From Eledone cirrhosa (lineage: Eukaryota): 64,000 bases of DNA. The stretch lies in NCBI GenBank assembly GCA_964016885.1, contig OZ024748.1, forward strand, positions 3,348,001 to 3,412,000, in the 5' to 3' direction. Both the position numbers and the translations under genes were made by a program. This document shows positions 26,467-41,411 of the stretch, piece by piece. The first letter of the stretch is position 1; each line of letters begins with the position of its first letter. The notes beneath the pieces were generated by a model. The model was not told where the DNA came from. It searched no databases and worked only from the letters and a program-made list of their open reading frames with translations.

Positions 26467-28548
26467 TTAATGCTTTATTGTGTGTGTGTGTGTGTATGTG
26501 TGATGTGCATAATACATGTGCATGTGTGTATATATATATGCTTGGATATATCTGATTCTACATGTGTTTGTGTATGTGGTATGGTGGTGGTGGTGTGGTG
26601 TGGTATAGTGGTGGTGGTGTGGCATGGTGGTGGTGGTGGTGAGGTATAGTGGTGGTGGTGTGGTATGGTGGTGGTGGTGGTGGTGAGGTATAGTGGTGGT
26701 GGTGTGGTATGGTGGTGGTGGTGGTGCGGTATAGTGGTGGTGGTGTGGTATAGTGGTGGTGGTGTGGTATAGTGGTGGTAGTGTGGTAGTGTGGTGTGGT
26801 ATGGTGGTGGTGGTGTGGTAGTGTGGTGTGGTATAGTGGTGGTGGTGGTGTGATAGTGTGGTGTGGTATAGTGGTGGTGGTGGTGTGGTAGTGTGGTGTG
26901 GTATAGTGGTGGTGGTGGTGTGGTGGGTTTCAGTACTTACTAAAAAAGAAATAGTTATAAACATGGTTCATCAACAGTTTTTTTTGCATCCCCTTTTCCA
27001 TGCTGGTATGGGTTTGGAGAGGATGTTGCGAGATAGCATTCTACAGTTGAGGGAGACCCTTCCTGACGCCAACTCTTAATAGTGGCACCTTATGACCTGC
27101 AGGGCTACACAGTGTAGCTATTCTTGAGAAAACAGAAGAAACTGGGCTAAAACAGGGATCACGTGGTTAACTAAAACACTTCCTTGGTGAAGGTAATGAA
27201 AAATCAAAGCTTATAAATAATATATTTCTTGTTATTCAGTTGACTGCAAAAAGAATGGTAAAAGATACCCCACCCCACCACTACCACCACCACTAGCACC
27301 ATCACCAACCACCACTACCTACCGCTGCTGCCACCACCACTATCATCACCAGCACCACAACCACCACTACCACCACCACAACTACCACTACCAGCACCAC
27401 AACTACCAACTCTGCTGCCACCACCACCACCACTACACCTGCTCTCCACCATACTTCATTTACAGCACTGCCATTTTCTTTTGAAGAATGAGTATCTAAA
27501 ATTAATGCAACACCTGCTTAGTGGAAATTTTACAGCAGTAGTAGTAGTGGTGGTAGTAGTAGTTGTGATCACTGTTGTTCTTTAGCCCTAGGTCAGCCGA
27601 AACATGGGTTGGTTTGTACTTTTCAAGTATATCTTGCTAATGTGGATTCATGTGGTACAGGATGTTAAGAGTTAATGATGAGAATGATGATGATGATGAT
27701 GGTGGTGATGATGACAATGAGGAACTAACAATAGCCCCTACTCCTTGAATCTGGGTTGTCACCTTCACTCATGTATCCCCAATTCATTTATTTCTCCTCC
27801 TCTGTGCCACCCACACACCCACTGCCCACCCCCCACCTAAGCCAATCACAAAACACTTCACCCAATCCTTCTTACCTCCAAAATGACATCCCTCTGGACT
27901 TCTCTCACTGTCCAACTTTGTTTTTTTTGCAGGTGTCAACTTTGGTGGTGGACTTAATCCACACCAAACAACCTGAAACCGTCCTAAACCACCCTGCTTT
28001 AAAATGTCCATATTCATCTGAAAACATTCCACCATAATTCTATGGAAGAAATTTTGTTAAGTCATGTTCTATACACCAGCTTAATAATGAGAAAGATGAG
28101 TTAGTTATTAAATTCATCCCAAGGTCACAAAAACAGGCCCTTCATTGGAGGGTCTGCTAAGTCTTAAAAACAGAGCCTTCATTGGAGGGCCTGCAAAGGT
28201 TGAAAAAAACAGCAGAGCCTTCATCAGATAGGGCATCTGACCATAAAACACCCACAAAGCAGAACATTTTAAATGCATAATTAATTAGTAAAGTAATTAA
28301 CTATAATAGTGTGTCTATAATAGATCTGTTCAAAGTAATAATTAACCTAAGAAATACTCAGACTTGATTTATTTAAACCTGTTGTAGCAATATATATTAA
28401 TTCTGTTTGGAAACAGGAAAACAAAATTATTGGATTTGTCAAAGAAACCATCAGTTACCTCCCTTTATGAAATCAACCCCTGATAAAAGCACTTCTGCAA
28501 ATTTCTTCACTTCCAAATTCAGATCATATATATATATATATATATATA

Positions 28549-28625
28549 CAGGGTGTCCCCAAAAAATCTATACACATATTTATTAGTATGTTGAAATGTG
28601 TATACATTTTTGGAGGGACGCCTTG
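28549..28625. mobile_element. Tc1/mariner-like MITE
   Basis: TA|CAGGGTGTCCC ... GGGACGCCTTG|TA; relatives at 40655-40758 and 54855-54925. Confidence 0.7.
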
Positions 28626-28958
28626 TATATAGTTTATGTGAATAAAGAGAACAGATAGGAAGTTCAAATTATCTTAGAATGTGTTGTAGACATAAAAACA
28701 CATTATATCATCATCAACATTATCATTTAATGTTCTTTCTACTTGCTATCACACACACAAACATCCATCATCCATATATATATTATATATATATTATATA
28801 TATATACACACACGCAACATGTGTGTATATATAATTTGGACATCTTCATTAAGTACATGTAGTCTATTGTTAGTTATCATAACTTAATGAAATACTAAAT
28901 AACCATTCCTATTCCTGCTAATTAGAGATTTAATGAATCAGAGTTGTATTAATGGAAC

Positions 28959-29245
28959 AGGTTGTGAGTTCAATTCTCAGACCGGGCGATGTGTTGTTTC
29001 CTTGAGCAAGACACTTTATTTCACATTGCTCCAGTTTACTCAGCTGTAGAAATGAGATGATAGGGACTGGGGTTCCTATCATTCCACTGCAAAGTGGTTG
29101 TGGAGGTGCCATGGCAAAAAAGCACCCAGCACTCACTGTAAATGAGGTTGGTGTTAGGAAGGGCATCCAGCTGTAGAAATCAAGCCAGAATCAGTTCCCA
29201 TCCCACCCTTGCAAGCAGGGAAAAAGCGGACGTAAAATGAAATGA
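28959..29245 (+). mobile_element. 5'-truncated CORE-like SINE with RTE tail
   Basis: Reverse complement of the 1103-1400 family. Confidence 0.9.
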
Positions 29246-29257
29246 ATGAAAATGAAA

Positions 29258-29294
<37 letters not shown>

Positions 29295-29306
29295 TATATA
29301 TATACA

Positions 29307-29481
<175 letters not shown>

Positions 29482-29506
29482 TATATATATATACAGTATA
29501 TATATA

Positions 29507-29546
<40 letters not shown>

Positions 29547-29877
29547 TATATATATATATACTATATATATATATATCGATATATATATGTTTGTGTGTGT
29601 GTATCATCATCACTGTGTGTGTATATGTGTGTGTTTATGTATATATATCATCACCACCGTGTGTGTGTATATATATATATGTGTGTGTGTGTGTGTATGT
29701 GTGTTATTAATTAATCCTACGTATGTTGGATATAATGATAGAAACAACTCCCAGGAGGAATCAAACCAAGGAATGTAAAGGATCTGGAATGAGATTGGTT
29801 TGTTGAGAGGGGGTTGAGAGGAAGGTGTAGATATATAAACACGCATATATACACATATATATATGTATATATACATA

Positions 29878-29925
<48 letters not shown>

Positions 29926-30154
29926 GTTTCTACGTTAGGCACAAGGCCAGAAATTACCCAGTGTATTACTGGTACTTTATTTTATCGACCCTGTAAGGAT
30001 GAAAGGCAAAGTCAACCTCGGCGATAAAATAATGGATGGAAATCCAAAACTTTCTTTATCTTACATGTATTTCAACAAGAATAAGAGGAAATATAGAAAT
30101 AGTGAAAAACCTTGCTCAAGCTCCATTATATATATACTTTATTATAGTTTAGAT

Positions 30155-30256
<102 letters not shown>

Positions 30257-31374
30257 AAAGACAGGGAGATAGAGAGGGCGTGGAGAAAGGATAGATAGGA
30301 ATGAGGAGAGTGTGGTGGTGAAGGGGGAGGAGGTGAAGGAGGAGGAGGTGAAGGGGATGAGGAGGAGGTGAAGGGGATGAGGAGGAAAGCTGGTTGAATA
30401 ATAACAGTGTTAATGTCTGAAGCTAAGATTAAGGAAAATCACAAAACATAATAATGAACAAAATCAAATGTTGGGAGATAATTCCCCACCACCACCACCA
30501 CCACCACCACCACCACCACCACCACCACCACCACCACATTAACACTATGATGGTTGTGACTGTGGTGGTGGGGTTGTAGTGGTTGTTTTCTTATGGTAGT
30601 TGTAATGGTTGTGGTGATGGTGGTGATGGTTGTGGTGGGGAGGGAGGGGGATCTAATTCTCTAACCACTAAGCCACACCACCTTCACAATTGGGGACAAC
30701 ACCAGGAGAACAATATACAAAACAATATGGAGAAGGGATAGGGTTGGAGTTACATCAAGTAAAGGGTTAGGGGACATCAAACTTAGGCACAAGGCCAGCA
30801 ACTGGGTGGGGGGGGGGTGATTATACTGACCCCCAGTTCTTGATTGGCACTTTATTTTACCGACCCTAAAAGGATGAAAGTTAAAATTGACCCCCAGAAT
30901 GTAAAGGGGCATAACTCTATGCTTCAAAGTATTTTGTCTAACGCTCTACTGATTCTGCCAGCCTCCCTCCAGAACATAACAAATGTCAAATAAGGACTGG
31001 GGTGGCGGGAGAGGTGCACTATTGAGTAATTCTAGGGAGAGCCCCACACAAAACCCCAGATTATTGTCACCTCACTTAATAGTAACAATGATTTCTGTAT
31101 TCCTAACAGGGGACAGGAGGGGGGGTGCTGACAGATACAACAAATGTGTGTGTGAGGGTGGAGGGGACTGTACATTGAAATTGAAAGGAATGAAGGTAAC
31201 AGAGTTCACAGCATAACAATTACATGATGAAGGGCCTCGGAGAGGGGCAACGACCATCTTAGCAAAATACACAATTTATATGATGACGTACATCAGCTTA
31301 GCTGGTCACGCTTGGGGATCCAGCCAGATCAGTTGGAGACTCTGCCCCCACGACCCTCTCAGGGTCCAGCACAC

Positions 31375-31550
31375 ACTGTAAATGTGGTTGGCGTTAGGAA
31401 GAGCATCCAGCTGTAAAAACCAAGCCAAAACCTGCCCCGGGTGAGCTAAACATGGTCCTCTGACCCGATTCTCTCGCTAGGGATCAACCCGTCCTACCCA
31501 TACTAGCGTGGAAGATGGACGTTAAACCACGACGACGATGATGATGATGA
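31375..31550 (+). mobile_element. RTE 3' tail fragment
   Basis: GGCGTTAGGAAGAGCATCCAGCTGTA...GGACGTTAAAC..(GAT)n. Confidence 0.75.
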
Positions 31551-31949
31551 AAAAGAAGGAAAGAAGTCCTCACAGACTGGGGCAACTGCCACATAAGCAA
31601 ACAAACCTTCCTATTTAATATTGAAGAAATAGTGGACGGCTATACCCATGGCTAGGTTAACATACTCGCGATGTTACCTCTCCCAATAACTTTCTTTTGT
31701 TTTTAAATGTCCATCACCAACCAACCCGCGCTAATCTAAACTTTTCCCCTACTTCTTTCTGTTAAATCCTATCGATTCAACTTCTAATCTCACCCTTACC
31801 TCCACCACACACACACATGCACATGCATACACACACACACACACATACATACATATATATATACATACACAACTCTCTCTTTCCTTTGTGCCACCCATCA
31901 TCGGCAGTTGTTGATAATGATCCGTGACCACCACAGCTAAAATAGTCAT

Positions 31950-32445
31950 TTCTAACTTAGGCACAAGATTAGCGACTTGAAGTGAGTTGAGAGAAGATTA
32001 TATCGACCCCAGTACATTACTGGTTCTTTATTTCATCGACCACTGAAGAATAAAAAGCAGAACTCAGAACGTAAAGATCAGGGACAGATATAATGATAAT
32101 TCTTTATTTGTTTTGCTTTCTACTTTAGGCACAAGGCCACCAATTTGAAGGGGAGGGGGGAGAGTTGATTAAATCGACCCCAGTGTGTTACTGGTACTTT
32201 ATTTTATCGACCCCGTAAGGATGAAGGACAAAGCTAACCGCGGTGGGATTTGAACTAAGAACAAAGAGATGTAACAGATGTAATAATAATAATTGTTTCT
32301 ACTTTTGGCACAAGGCCAGCAAATACCCAGTGCATTACTGGTACTTTATTTATCGACTCCGTAAGGATGAAAGGCAAAGTTAACCTCGGCGGGATTTGAA
32401 CTCAGAATGGCAAGGACCGTAACTCTATGCGTCAAAGCATAATAA
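31950..32445 (-). mobile_element. Cluster of three Meta-like SINE fragments
   Basis: Repeated GGCACAAGG...CTGGTACTTTATTTTATCGACCCC. Confidence 0.8.
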
Positions 32446-33209
32446 TAATGATGATAATAAATAAAATATTGATTTCTTTATTAACTATAAAGGGCCCACA
32501 TTAAGTAAACACCAGGGACGACACAGGGTGACACTGTGGGGCTTTATCGTATGAAAATATAACAAAAAAACGGAAGAGAAACAATCCACAATAGCGAAGA
32601 GACTTCCGAGAATCGAATGGGGTTTACAAGTAAAACATACATAATGTGTTGTGTGTGTGTTTAGTGTAGAACACAGAAATACAGGGTGAAAAGTTGTGTG
32701 AAGGCGACTAAATGAGGATTGTTGCAGTTAAATTAGGTCACACTAATTTTATTTCCATTTTTTTTCCTACTGCTCTTTATAATAATTCTCACCATAGCAA
32801 TTGGCAGCCGAAGAAAGAAAAACCAGCCGGTCACCTCGTATTCCCTCTCTATCGTTCCCTCTCTATCGTTCCCTCTCGTATTCCCTCTATCATTCTCTTT
32901 CCCTCGCTCTCTAACAATGACAACAACAAGACAGAAGCAATAATTGCAGTAGTAGTAGTAGTTGTTGTTGTTGTAGAGGTTGTAGTAGTTGTAGTTGTAG
33001 CAGGAAACCAAGAAGATAGATATATACGGTGTCGGCAATAGAAGATTTACTTAAAGCCGATGTGGGAAGACAGAATATTGAGAGTAGAGAGAGAGAGAGA
33101 GACGGGATAAAGAGAAAAGGAAAAAATGATTTGACAAAGAAAGGGAGTGTGTGTATGTGTACGTACATGTAGTGTGTGTGAGTAATATATATATATATAT
33201 ATATATATA

Positions 33210-33271
<62 letters not shown>

Positions 33272-33802
33272 CGCGGTTTGTTAGGGGCAGGGTGGAGTTT
33301 AACCTTATTCAGGCTTCTATATAACAGAAGTGAGGGGATTCGGAATATTTTGGTTTTGTTTTTTTCATGAATGTCTTTCAGATGTGACAGGCAACCACCA
33401 TACCACTATACTATATTATATTGTACCACACCACACGATACTATACCACACCACTATATATTATACTATACTCTACCACACCACTCTATACTATAACTAT
33501 ACTATATTGTACCGCACTATACTGTACGATACAATACTATACCACACTATACTACACCATACTATACTATACCACACCACACCACACCACACCATACTAT
33601 ACCACACCACACCACACCACACCACACCACACCACACCATACTACACCATACCATACCAAACTATACTATACTATACTACACCATACTATGCAATACACA
33701 AACATCCTATCACAAATACAATTGCAACTAATTATAATTTCAACTAAATAATATCTATATTACTTCCTCCTGCCTATATAACACCTTATCCCGTCCTGCT
33801 TG

Positions 33803-33856
<54 letters not shown>

Positions 33857-33920
33857 CTAACCTCAGGTGGGGAGACTTCTGGCATTCTTAGTCTCTGGAC
33901 CACCTAACTACTGTTATCAG

Positions 33921-34420
33921 AGTAATGGTGACCACCCTGCAGGGGTGAGCGCCATGGAGTGGACTGTCTTATTAAACCTATAGTAGTAATGGTGACCACC
34001 CTGCAGGGGTGAGCGCCATGGAGTGGACTGTCTTATTAAACCTATAGTAGTAATGGTGACCACCCTGCAGGGGTGAGCGATATGGAGTGGACTGTCTTAT
34101 TAAACCTATAGTAGTAATGGTGACCACCCTGCAGGGGTGAGCGCCATGGAGTGGACTGTCTTATTAAACCTATAGTAGTAATGGTGACCACCCTGCAGGG
34201 GTGAGCGCCATGGAGTGGACTGTCTTATTAAACCTATAGTAGTAATGGTGACCACCCTGCAGGGGTGAGCGCCATGGAGTGGACTGTCTTATTAAATCTA
34301 TAGTAGTAATGGTGACCACCCTGCAGGGGTGAGCGATATGGAGTGGACTGTCTTATTAAACCTATAGTAGTAATGGTGACCACCCTTCAGGGGTGGACTG
34401 TATTATTAAACCTATAATAG
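33921..34420. repeat. 64-bp minisatellite (about 8 units) flanked by about 50-bp direct repeats
   Basis: Unit contains palindrome CCCTGCAGGG; flanks 33873-33924 and 34422-34473. Confidence 0.9.
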
Positions 34421-34818
34421 TAGACTTCTGGCCTTCTTAGTCCCAGAACCACGTCTCTACTGCTATCGGGGTAGAGTTAGGTCGACTACAGGGGTGTGTC
34501 TGTGTATATGTCTATATGCCCGCTTGTGTATATGTTTGTGTGTGTACATGTCTATATTTGTTTGTATGTGTATCTATGTTTGTGTGTGGGTGGGTGTAGC
34601 TATACACCCGCGTATGTCTATGTTAGTGTGTCTATATGTCTATGTCCGCATGCATGCGTGTGTGTGTGTGTGAGTTAGCTGTTGGTAACGATGGCCCACA
34701 AACGAAACAAGTTCTTTGACATTTTTAGTGCATTTCTAAATATATAACAATTTTTTCTTTCTTTCTCCGTCAATTAAACATGTTCATAGGATATATAAAT
34801 TATTTCAGAGAGATAGCT

Positions 34819-34856
<38 letters not shown>

Positions 34857-34867
34857 TTTATATACAA

Positions 34868-35053
<186 letters not shown>

Positions 35054-35361
35054 TATATTTTTTTACATTTATTTTTAGAAAGCGGTATAATTGGATCAGG
35101 CAAGCGGGGCAAGAAGAAGCAAAAATGTAAAATATATGTCGGCTGCCCAATGGGAGGAGCAGATGTTAATAATCGAGTTTGGAAAGAGACGAGGAAGGAG
35201 ACGATGAAACTCTACTGTAACATGCCGGATTATTAACTATACCCCTCTCCCCCTCTCTCTATATGTGTGTGTGTGTCAGGTAATTCCAAAGGAAAGGAAA
35301 GGAAAAAAGAGTGCTCTATGTATAAAACAGAGCTCTATAATTAGAAAGTGAACAACACAAC

Positions 35362-35805
<444 letters not shown>

Positions 35806-36265
35806 ATATATATATATATATATTACCCACTCTACTACCTCAAGTATCGAGTACTCTGGTGCGTTATGGTCCACCTGGTATGTATCTTACCACACCTTCT
35901 TTGTTATATATATATATCTTTCTCTCTTCATTTTGTTTTATTTTGTTATGTTTTCATTGATGAGATCCAAGATGGTTTACAACAAGTGAGTCTTTAAACG
36001 TCCGTATAGAGCTAGTAAGTTATGACAGACGCGGGGAAGTATTTAATACTTCTTACAGTTGAAAAACGAAAACAAAACAAAACAAAGCAAAGCAAACAAC
36101 AAACAAACAAAATAAACAGACGAGTGAATATAAAAATATAAATAAGGCCAACTAGAGACAAAATAAGTATTAAAAAAAGATAAAGAAAATATGTGAAGCT
36201 GTAAAAAAAGCATCCAGAAGGTTCTGTTGTTGAATCTTTTCGTAATCTCCATGTTTAACTAAATA

Positions 36266-36452
36266 TAATTGTTTCTACTTTTGTCACAAGGCCAGCAATT
36301 ACCCAGTGCATTACTGGTACTTTATTTTATCGACCCCGTGAGAATGAAAAGCAAAGTTAACCTCGGTGCGATTTGAACTCAGAATGGCAAGGGGCGTAAC
36401 TCTATGCGTCAAAGCATGGCGTCCGACCCTCTACCGATACTGCCAATCCACC
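36266..36452 (-). mobile_element. Meta-like SINE, full length
   Basis: Reverse complement of the 4523 family. Confidence 0.85.
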
Positions 36453-37235
36453 AAACAACACGAGAAAGTATATATACACTCAATCATCACTGCTAGGCTT
36501 AACCCTGCAGGCTGGCCAACTTCCACTCCGATAGCAGAAGGTAGAAAGATGTCTCGGGGAGTAAGAACTTTCTACTGCTATACGTTTGATATGATAAGCC
36601 AGTTCATTTTATTTAACGACGAGACTGGCTCTTTGAATTATAGGTACAGTCCATCCGCCGGGCATCCAAACAGTTTCCGTCTACCCAATTTGGAAAATAC
36701 AGCTGAAAAAACGGACAGTCCCATCTCTTCAGCCAACCTCTGGCGTTCATAGTCCCCATTCCATCTACTTACAGCTATTGAGGTGGGTTTCGGTTCATTA
36801 AGGTCGATACCATTCATTCCAGTGTACATTGAAACGTAACAAAACAGAGAGAGACAAGCTATGCCTTCCTGTGAATTACACAAATATAGATGAAAAGGTA
36901 TCCCAATAAAATCTGCAGTTTTTTGTAATGGAAAACATATTTAATTTGAATATAACAGTGCCTTTCTTTCCTTGTTGTCCTAAGGATGTGATTGTTTAGC
37001 TCAATGATTTAATCATGCCCTGGGTACCAGACATATACTGGTGCCAGTTAAATCTTCCTAGCATACCACTATATATATATTTGTTAACCGAAACACATGA
37101 CACTGGCTATAGAGAACATGGTAGCAAGTTGCTGTCGAAATTTCCAACTTCTTCCTTTTCTTATTAAATTTACAGCCAAATTTTTATAATTACATCCGTT
37201 AAAGGTGAAATTTATACTTTTCCGGTGTTTTATTT

Positions 37236-37322
<87 letters not shown>

Positions 37323-37661
37323 AACGAATCTGACGTTGAAAACCTTCAGAAATTATTCATTTTGTTGTTGTTGTCGTTAAGGTTACTTAAAGGGTGGGGA
37401 TGGGGACACTCTCGAAGGTGAACCAAACTAACATGTTCACCCAAACAATTCTCAGTCGGAAATGTTTGAAGTCATATAAAATATTGTTGGTAAAGTTTAA
37501 TTGTTTCTACTTTTGGCACAAGGCCACCAATTATCTCAGTGCATTACTGGTACTTTCTTTTATCGACCCCGTAAGGATGAAAGGCAAAAGAATTACCTCG
37601 GCGGAGTTTGATTTCATTTCTCAGATGCAGAGTTATTAGTGTCAGGAAAATGTTTAACACT

Positions 37662-37980
37662 GAAGGCGCGTGGCTTAGTGATTAGAGCGTTGGGCTGTGA
37701 GTTCGATTCCCGGACCGGGTGATGCGTTGTGTCCTTGAGCAAGACACTTTATTTCTTGTTGCTACAGTTCACTCAGCTGTAGAAATAAGTTGCGACATCA
37801 CTGGTGCCAGGCTGTATCGGACATTGCCTTTCCTTTGGACAACATCGGTGGCGTGGAGAGGAGAGACTGGTCTACATTAACGACTGCTGGTCTTCCACAA
37901 ACAAACCTTGCTTGGGCTTCTACCCTGGAGGGACACTTTCTAGGTGCAAAACCTTGGTCATTAGTGATGGGGGCCATAAC
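37662..37980 (+). mobile_element. CORE-like SINE with a different 3' tail
   Basis: Box A TGGCTTAGTG, box B GTTCGATTCC, CORE-like segment; sister copy 42758-43240. Confidence 0.8.
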
Positions 37981-38774
37981 ATTTGTTCAAATCCTGCCGA
38001 GGTCAACTTTGCCTTCTATCCTTCCGATAAGTATATAGCAGTCATGTACTGGGGTCAATACAATTGACAAAAAGGAACCGATGAAATAAGTATCAGGATC
38101 GGGAAAAAAAAGAAGAAAATAAGTACTGTGGGGGTCGATTAAACCCCTTCAAAGTGATTGCCCAAGCATGGCCGCAGTCTGATGATTGAATCCAGTGGCA
38201 ATGAGTTCGACAAAAAATAGATCGATAAAATATGTATATCAGGCTTTAAAAAATAAGCCCTGAGGGTGGTGGGTGTAGATATTATTGACTAGAGCCCTTT
38301 ACAGTGCTTGCTCAAGCATGGCCGCAGTTTAATGACTGAAACCAGTGACAGGGTGCGTTGAGATAGGTACAACAACATAACAGATAAATCAGTTTGACTG
38401 AGAGAAGATAGTGTGTATGAGAGAGGGGGAGAGATGAGAGAGAGAGTGTGTGAGAGAGAGGAGAGATGAGATAGTATGTATGTGTCTGTGTAAGAGTGAG
38501 AGAGTGAGAGAGAGAGAGAGAGAGAGTGTGTGAGAGAGAGTGTGTGAGAGAGTGTGAGGAGATAGTGTGAGGAGATAGTGTGAGGAGATAGTGTGTGTAT
38601 GAAAGAGAGAGAGAAGTTATAGTGTATGTATAAAAGAGAGAAAATGTTTTAATGCAACAATAATCAATAGAAAACAAACAACAATTGCTACATCAGAGGA
38701 TTCGAATAACTGCTGCTATATATATATATATATATATATATATAAGATCAAAAGATGGTTAAATGAGTTCCATG

Positions 38775-38845
38775 TATTTTATTATGCGCATTTCAAAAAC
38801 AAATATCATCATGCAATAACATTTGTGTTTTCATCAGATAAAATA
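38775..38845 (-). ncRNA. Type I hammerhead ribozyme, intact
   Basis: TATTTTAT-CTGATGA-AAACACAAATGTTATT..GATGATATTTGTTTTT-GAAA-TGCGCA-TA-ATAAAATA. Confidence 0.9.
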
Positions 38846-38967
38846 GGAGGACATGATATGAAGGTTAAAAAACACTTGTGGATAGTGCAGTTTTAAATCA
38901 ACATATATATATATATATATATATATACGATATTAACAAATGGAAACTATATTTATAAAACCATATT

Positions 38968-39032
38968 TATTTCATTATACATATTTCAAGGACACCAAGT
39001 TAAATTATGGTGTGCTTTCATCAGATAAAATA
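38968..39032 (-). ncRNA. Type I hammerhead ribozyme, intact
   Basis: TATTTTAT-CTGATGA-AAGCACACCA..TGGTGTCCTT-GAAA-TATGTA-TA-ATGAAATA. Confidence 0.9.
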
Positions 39033-39380
39033 TAATATAGATCAGTTTTATAAATAAATATTGACATACCCTTAAAAAATGCAACCATTACTGTTGGAAG
39101 CTCCCGGATAGTGGAGTTGTTTAATTATATTATTATTAGTATTGGATATTTTTATTTTTAAAATAAGCCGTTGGGTTACAGAGAAAGAAAAAGATAAAGG
39201 AGAGAGAGAAAAAGAGAAAGAGAGAGAAAGAGTTTCCATTTGTTAATATCGTATTTTTACTCCAAATATTTGTTGAGTGCTTTATATCAGTTATAAAAAT
39301 ATTTGCTTGTTGTATCCCAACAATTTAAATAGAACTTTTACATATATATATATATATATTCAATAAACAGACCAGGATTT

Positions 39381-39440
39381 TTTCATTCTGATGATTGAAA
39401 GCAAAATTTTTTGCTTTTAAGAAACCACTGGTAAATGGAA
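39381..39440 (+). ncRNA. Type I hammerhead ribozyme, intact
   Basis: TTTCATT-CTGATGA-TTGAAAGCAA..TTGCTTTTAA-GAAA-CC-ACT-GG-TA-AATGGAA; GUA site at 39433. Confidence 0.9.
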
Positions 39441-39534
39441 TAATTGCCTTATGTTGTTTATTGCATAACTATTAAGCTCTGTTACCTACATAGAGCACTC
39501 TTTTTTCCTGGACTTTTCCGACGGAATTACTTCA

Positions 39535-39577
<43 letters not shown>

Positions 39578-40344
39578 ATATACTGCTGTGATGATAGTTG
39601 CAAGAGAAAAGATTACACTCTACATATATATACATCGTACATATACACTACACATGTATACTGTACATATATATATATCGTATATATTCACATTACATAC
39701 ATATAAATACAGTACATATAGACATATTGTACATGTATACTGTACGCGTATACACATTAAATATATACACATTGTACATTTACACTCTGTATACTGTATA
39801 TATACATATATACACACTGTATCTTCTGTATACTGTATATATACATATATACACACTGTATCTGTTAGTATGGTTGATACAATGTCACCACTGCCTTGAT
39901 TGCCTGCGTCTATTGTAAATCAAAAACTAATATGAGTGCGCGTGTGAATATGTGTGTGCATGTGTGTGCATGTGTGTGTATGTGTGTGTATGTGTGTGTG
40001 CATGTGTGATACTTTCACCTCCAGCGGAAAAAGAAATGAAATTAAGCAATTCCAGATTTTTTATGCAACCGAAAAGCAGATGACAAGTTAGTGACACACA
40101 TACACACGGAATTACCGATGTCAATTACATTGTCAACATTCACTCGATGTAGAGATTGTCTTTGTGCAAAAACATTAACGAAAATTTATTAAATTTATTT
40201 GCTAAGTTAGACTGATTTAAAAATATATAAATTTCGAGTGTAATTTACCTGAAAACTAAGGAACACACACAAGTCCCAGGTTCTTTTAAGTTCCTTAGCC
40301 CTTCCCCCCAACCACCAGAAAACATATAAATACAACTGTTTTAC

Positions 40345-40640
40345 AATGACAGATGGCTCTCCTGGTGATTTGTTTTGAATGAAACAGTTCTAGTCCTGTA
40401 GAAAGCATTTCTATATTAAACATTATATATATATACCCCCGATTGAACCCGGGATAAACTTACCGGGTTCAATCGGGGGTAACCACAGTAAGTAAGGTAC
40501 TCAACACAAAGCAGAGTATATATATTTAATATAGAAAGGCTTCTACAGGGTTAGACTAGAACTGTTTCATTCGGGAGAAATCATCAGGAAACAGCTGTCC
40601 GAATGAAACAGTTCCAGTCCTGAAGCATTTCTATATTAAA
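40345..40640. mobile_element. Multiply inverted Penelope-like termini with hammerhead-like CTGATGA-TTTC..GAAT-GAAAC
   Basis: Nested inverted repeats 40377-40572 and 40435-40480. Confidence 0.65.
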
Positions 40641-40756
40641 AACAGAGAGAGAGGGAGGGGTCTCCCAAATAATGTCTACAGACTTCAACAGCAATCTAAT
40701 AAATATTGCTTGACAGGTAATCAAAGGAGGTATACATGTTTTTGTGGGAGACACCC

Positions 40757-40803
<47 letters not shown>

Positions 40804-41204
40804 AAAGGTTTTTAAGTGTTACTAAAACCACCACAAAGCAACTTGCGCCTACCCAGGTCTTTGTGCGAGTTAAAAGTTGCTTGGAGGTTAGAATCAGACG
40901 TTACACTTTCGTTAAAAAATAAGATATAAAATTTCATAAATATATTTTTAATTTTAATACCATTTGCAAAGAAACGGCCATAGAAGAGGAAGGGGAAATA
41001 TTGGGGAGGTTTGGAGGAGCTGATTAAGCAATAAAATTTCTCTGAACCGGATAAGACTTAAGAGAGATGGCAGCATCTACAAAGTTCATGAGTCACACTG
41101 CCATATTTAATTGTATTTCATTAGATAATTCGTTTGGCTGCTTCTATTTCAGAAAGTAAGTACTATATCTTATGTATGTGTATATATATATGTATGTATG
41201 TATG

Positions 41205-41235
<31 letters not shown>

Positions 41236-41304
41236 TTGCGTATACACAAATATGTACGTGTGCGTTTGTGTATACACATACATATACCCACAAATATATA
41301 TATT

Positions 41305-41343
<39 letters not shown>

Positions 41344-41351
41344 TTGCGTAT

Positions 41352-41411
<60 letters not shown>

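Noticed and set aside
28215-28235. Minus-strand CTGATGAAGG
   Set aside because: Part of a short tandem repeat; no GAAA or stem I.
36480-36900. GC-richer unique stretch with ORFs and short hairpins
   Set aside because: No recognisable domain; hairpins too short for a pre-miRNA; left unassigned.
40836-40882. AAGCAACTT/AAGTTGCTT hairpin as a miRNA
   Set aside because: Competing short stems only; no recognised mature miRNA.
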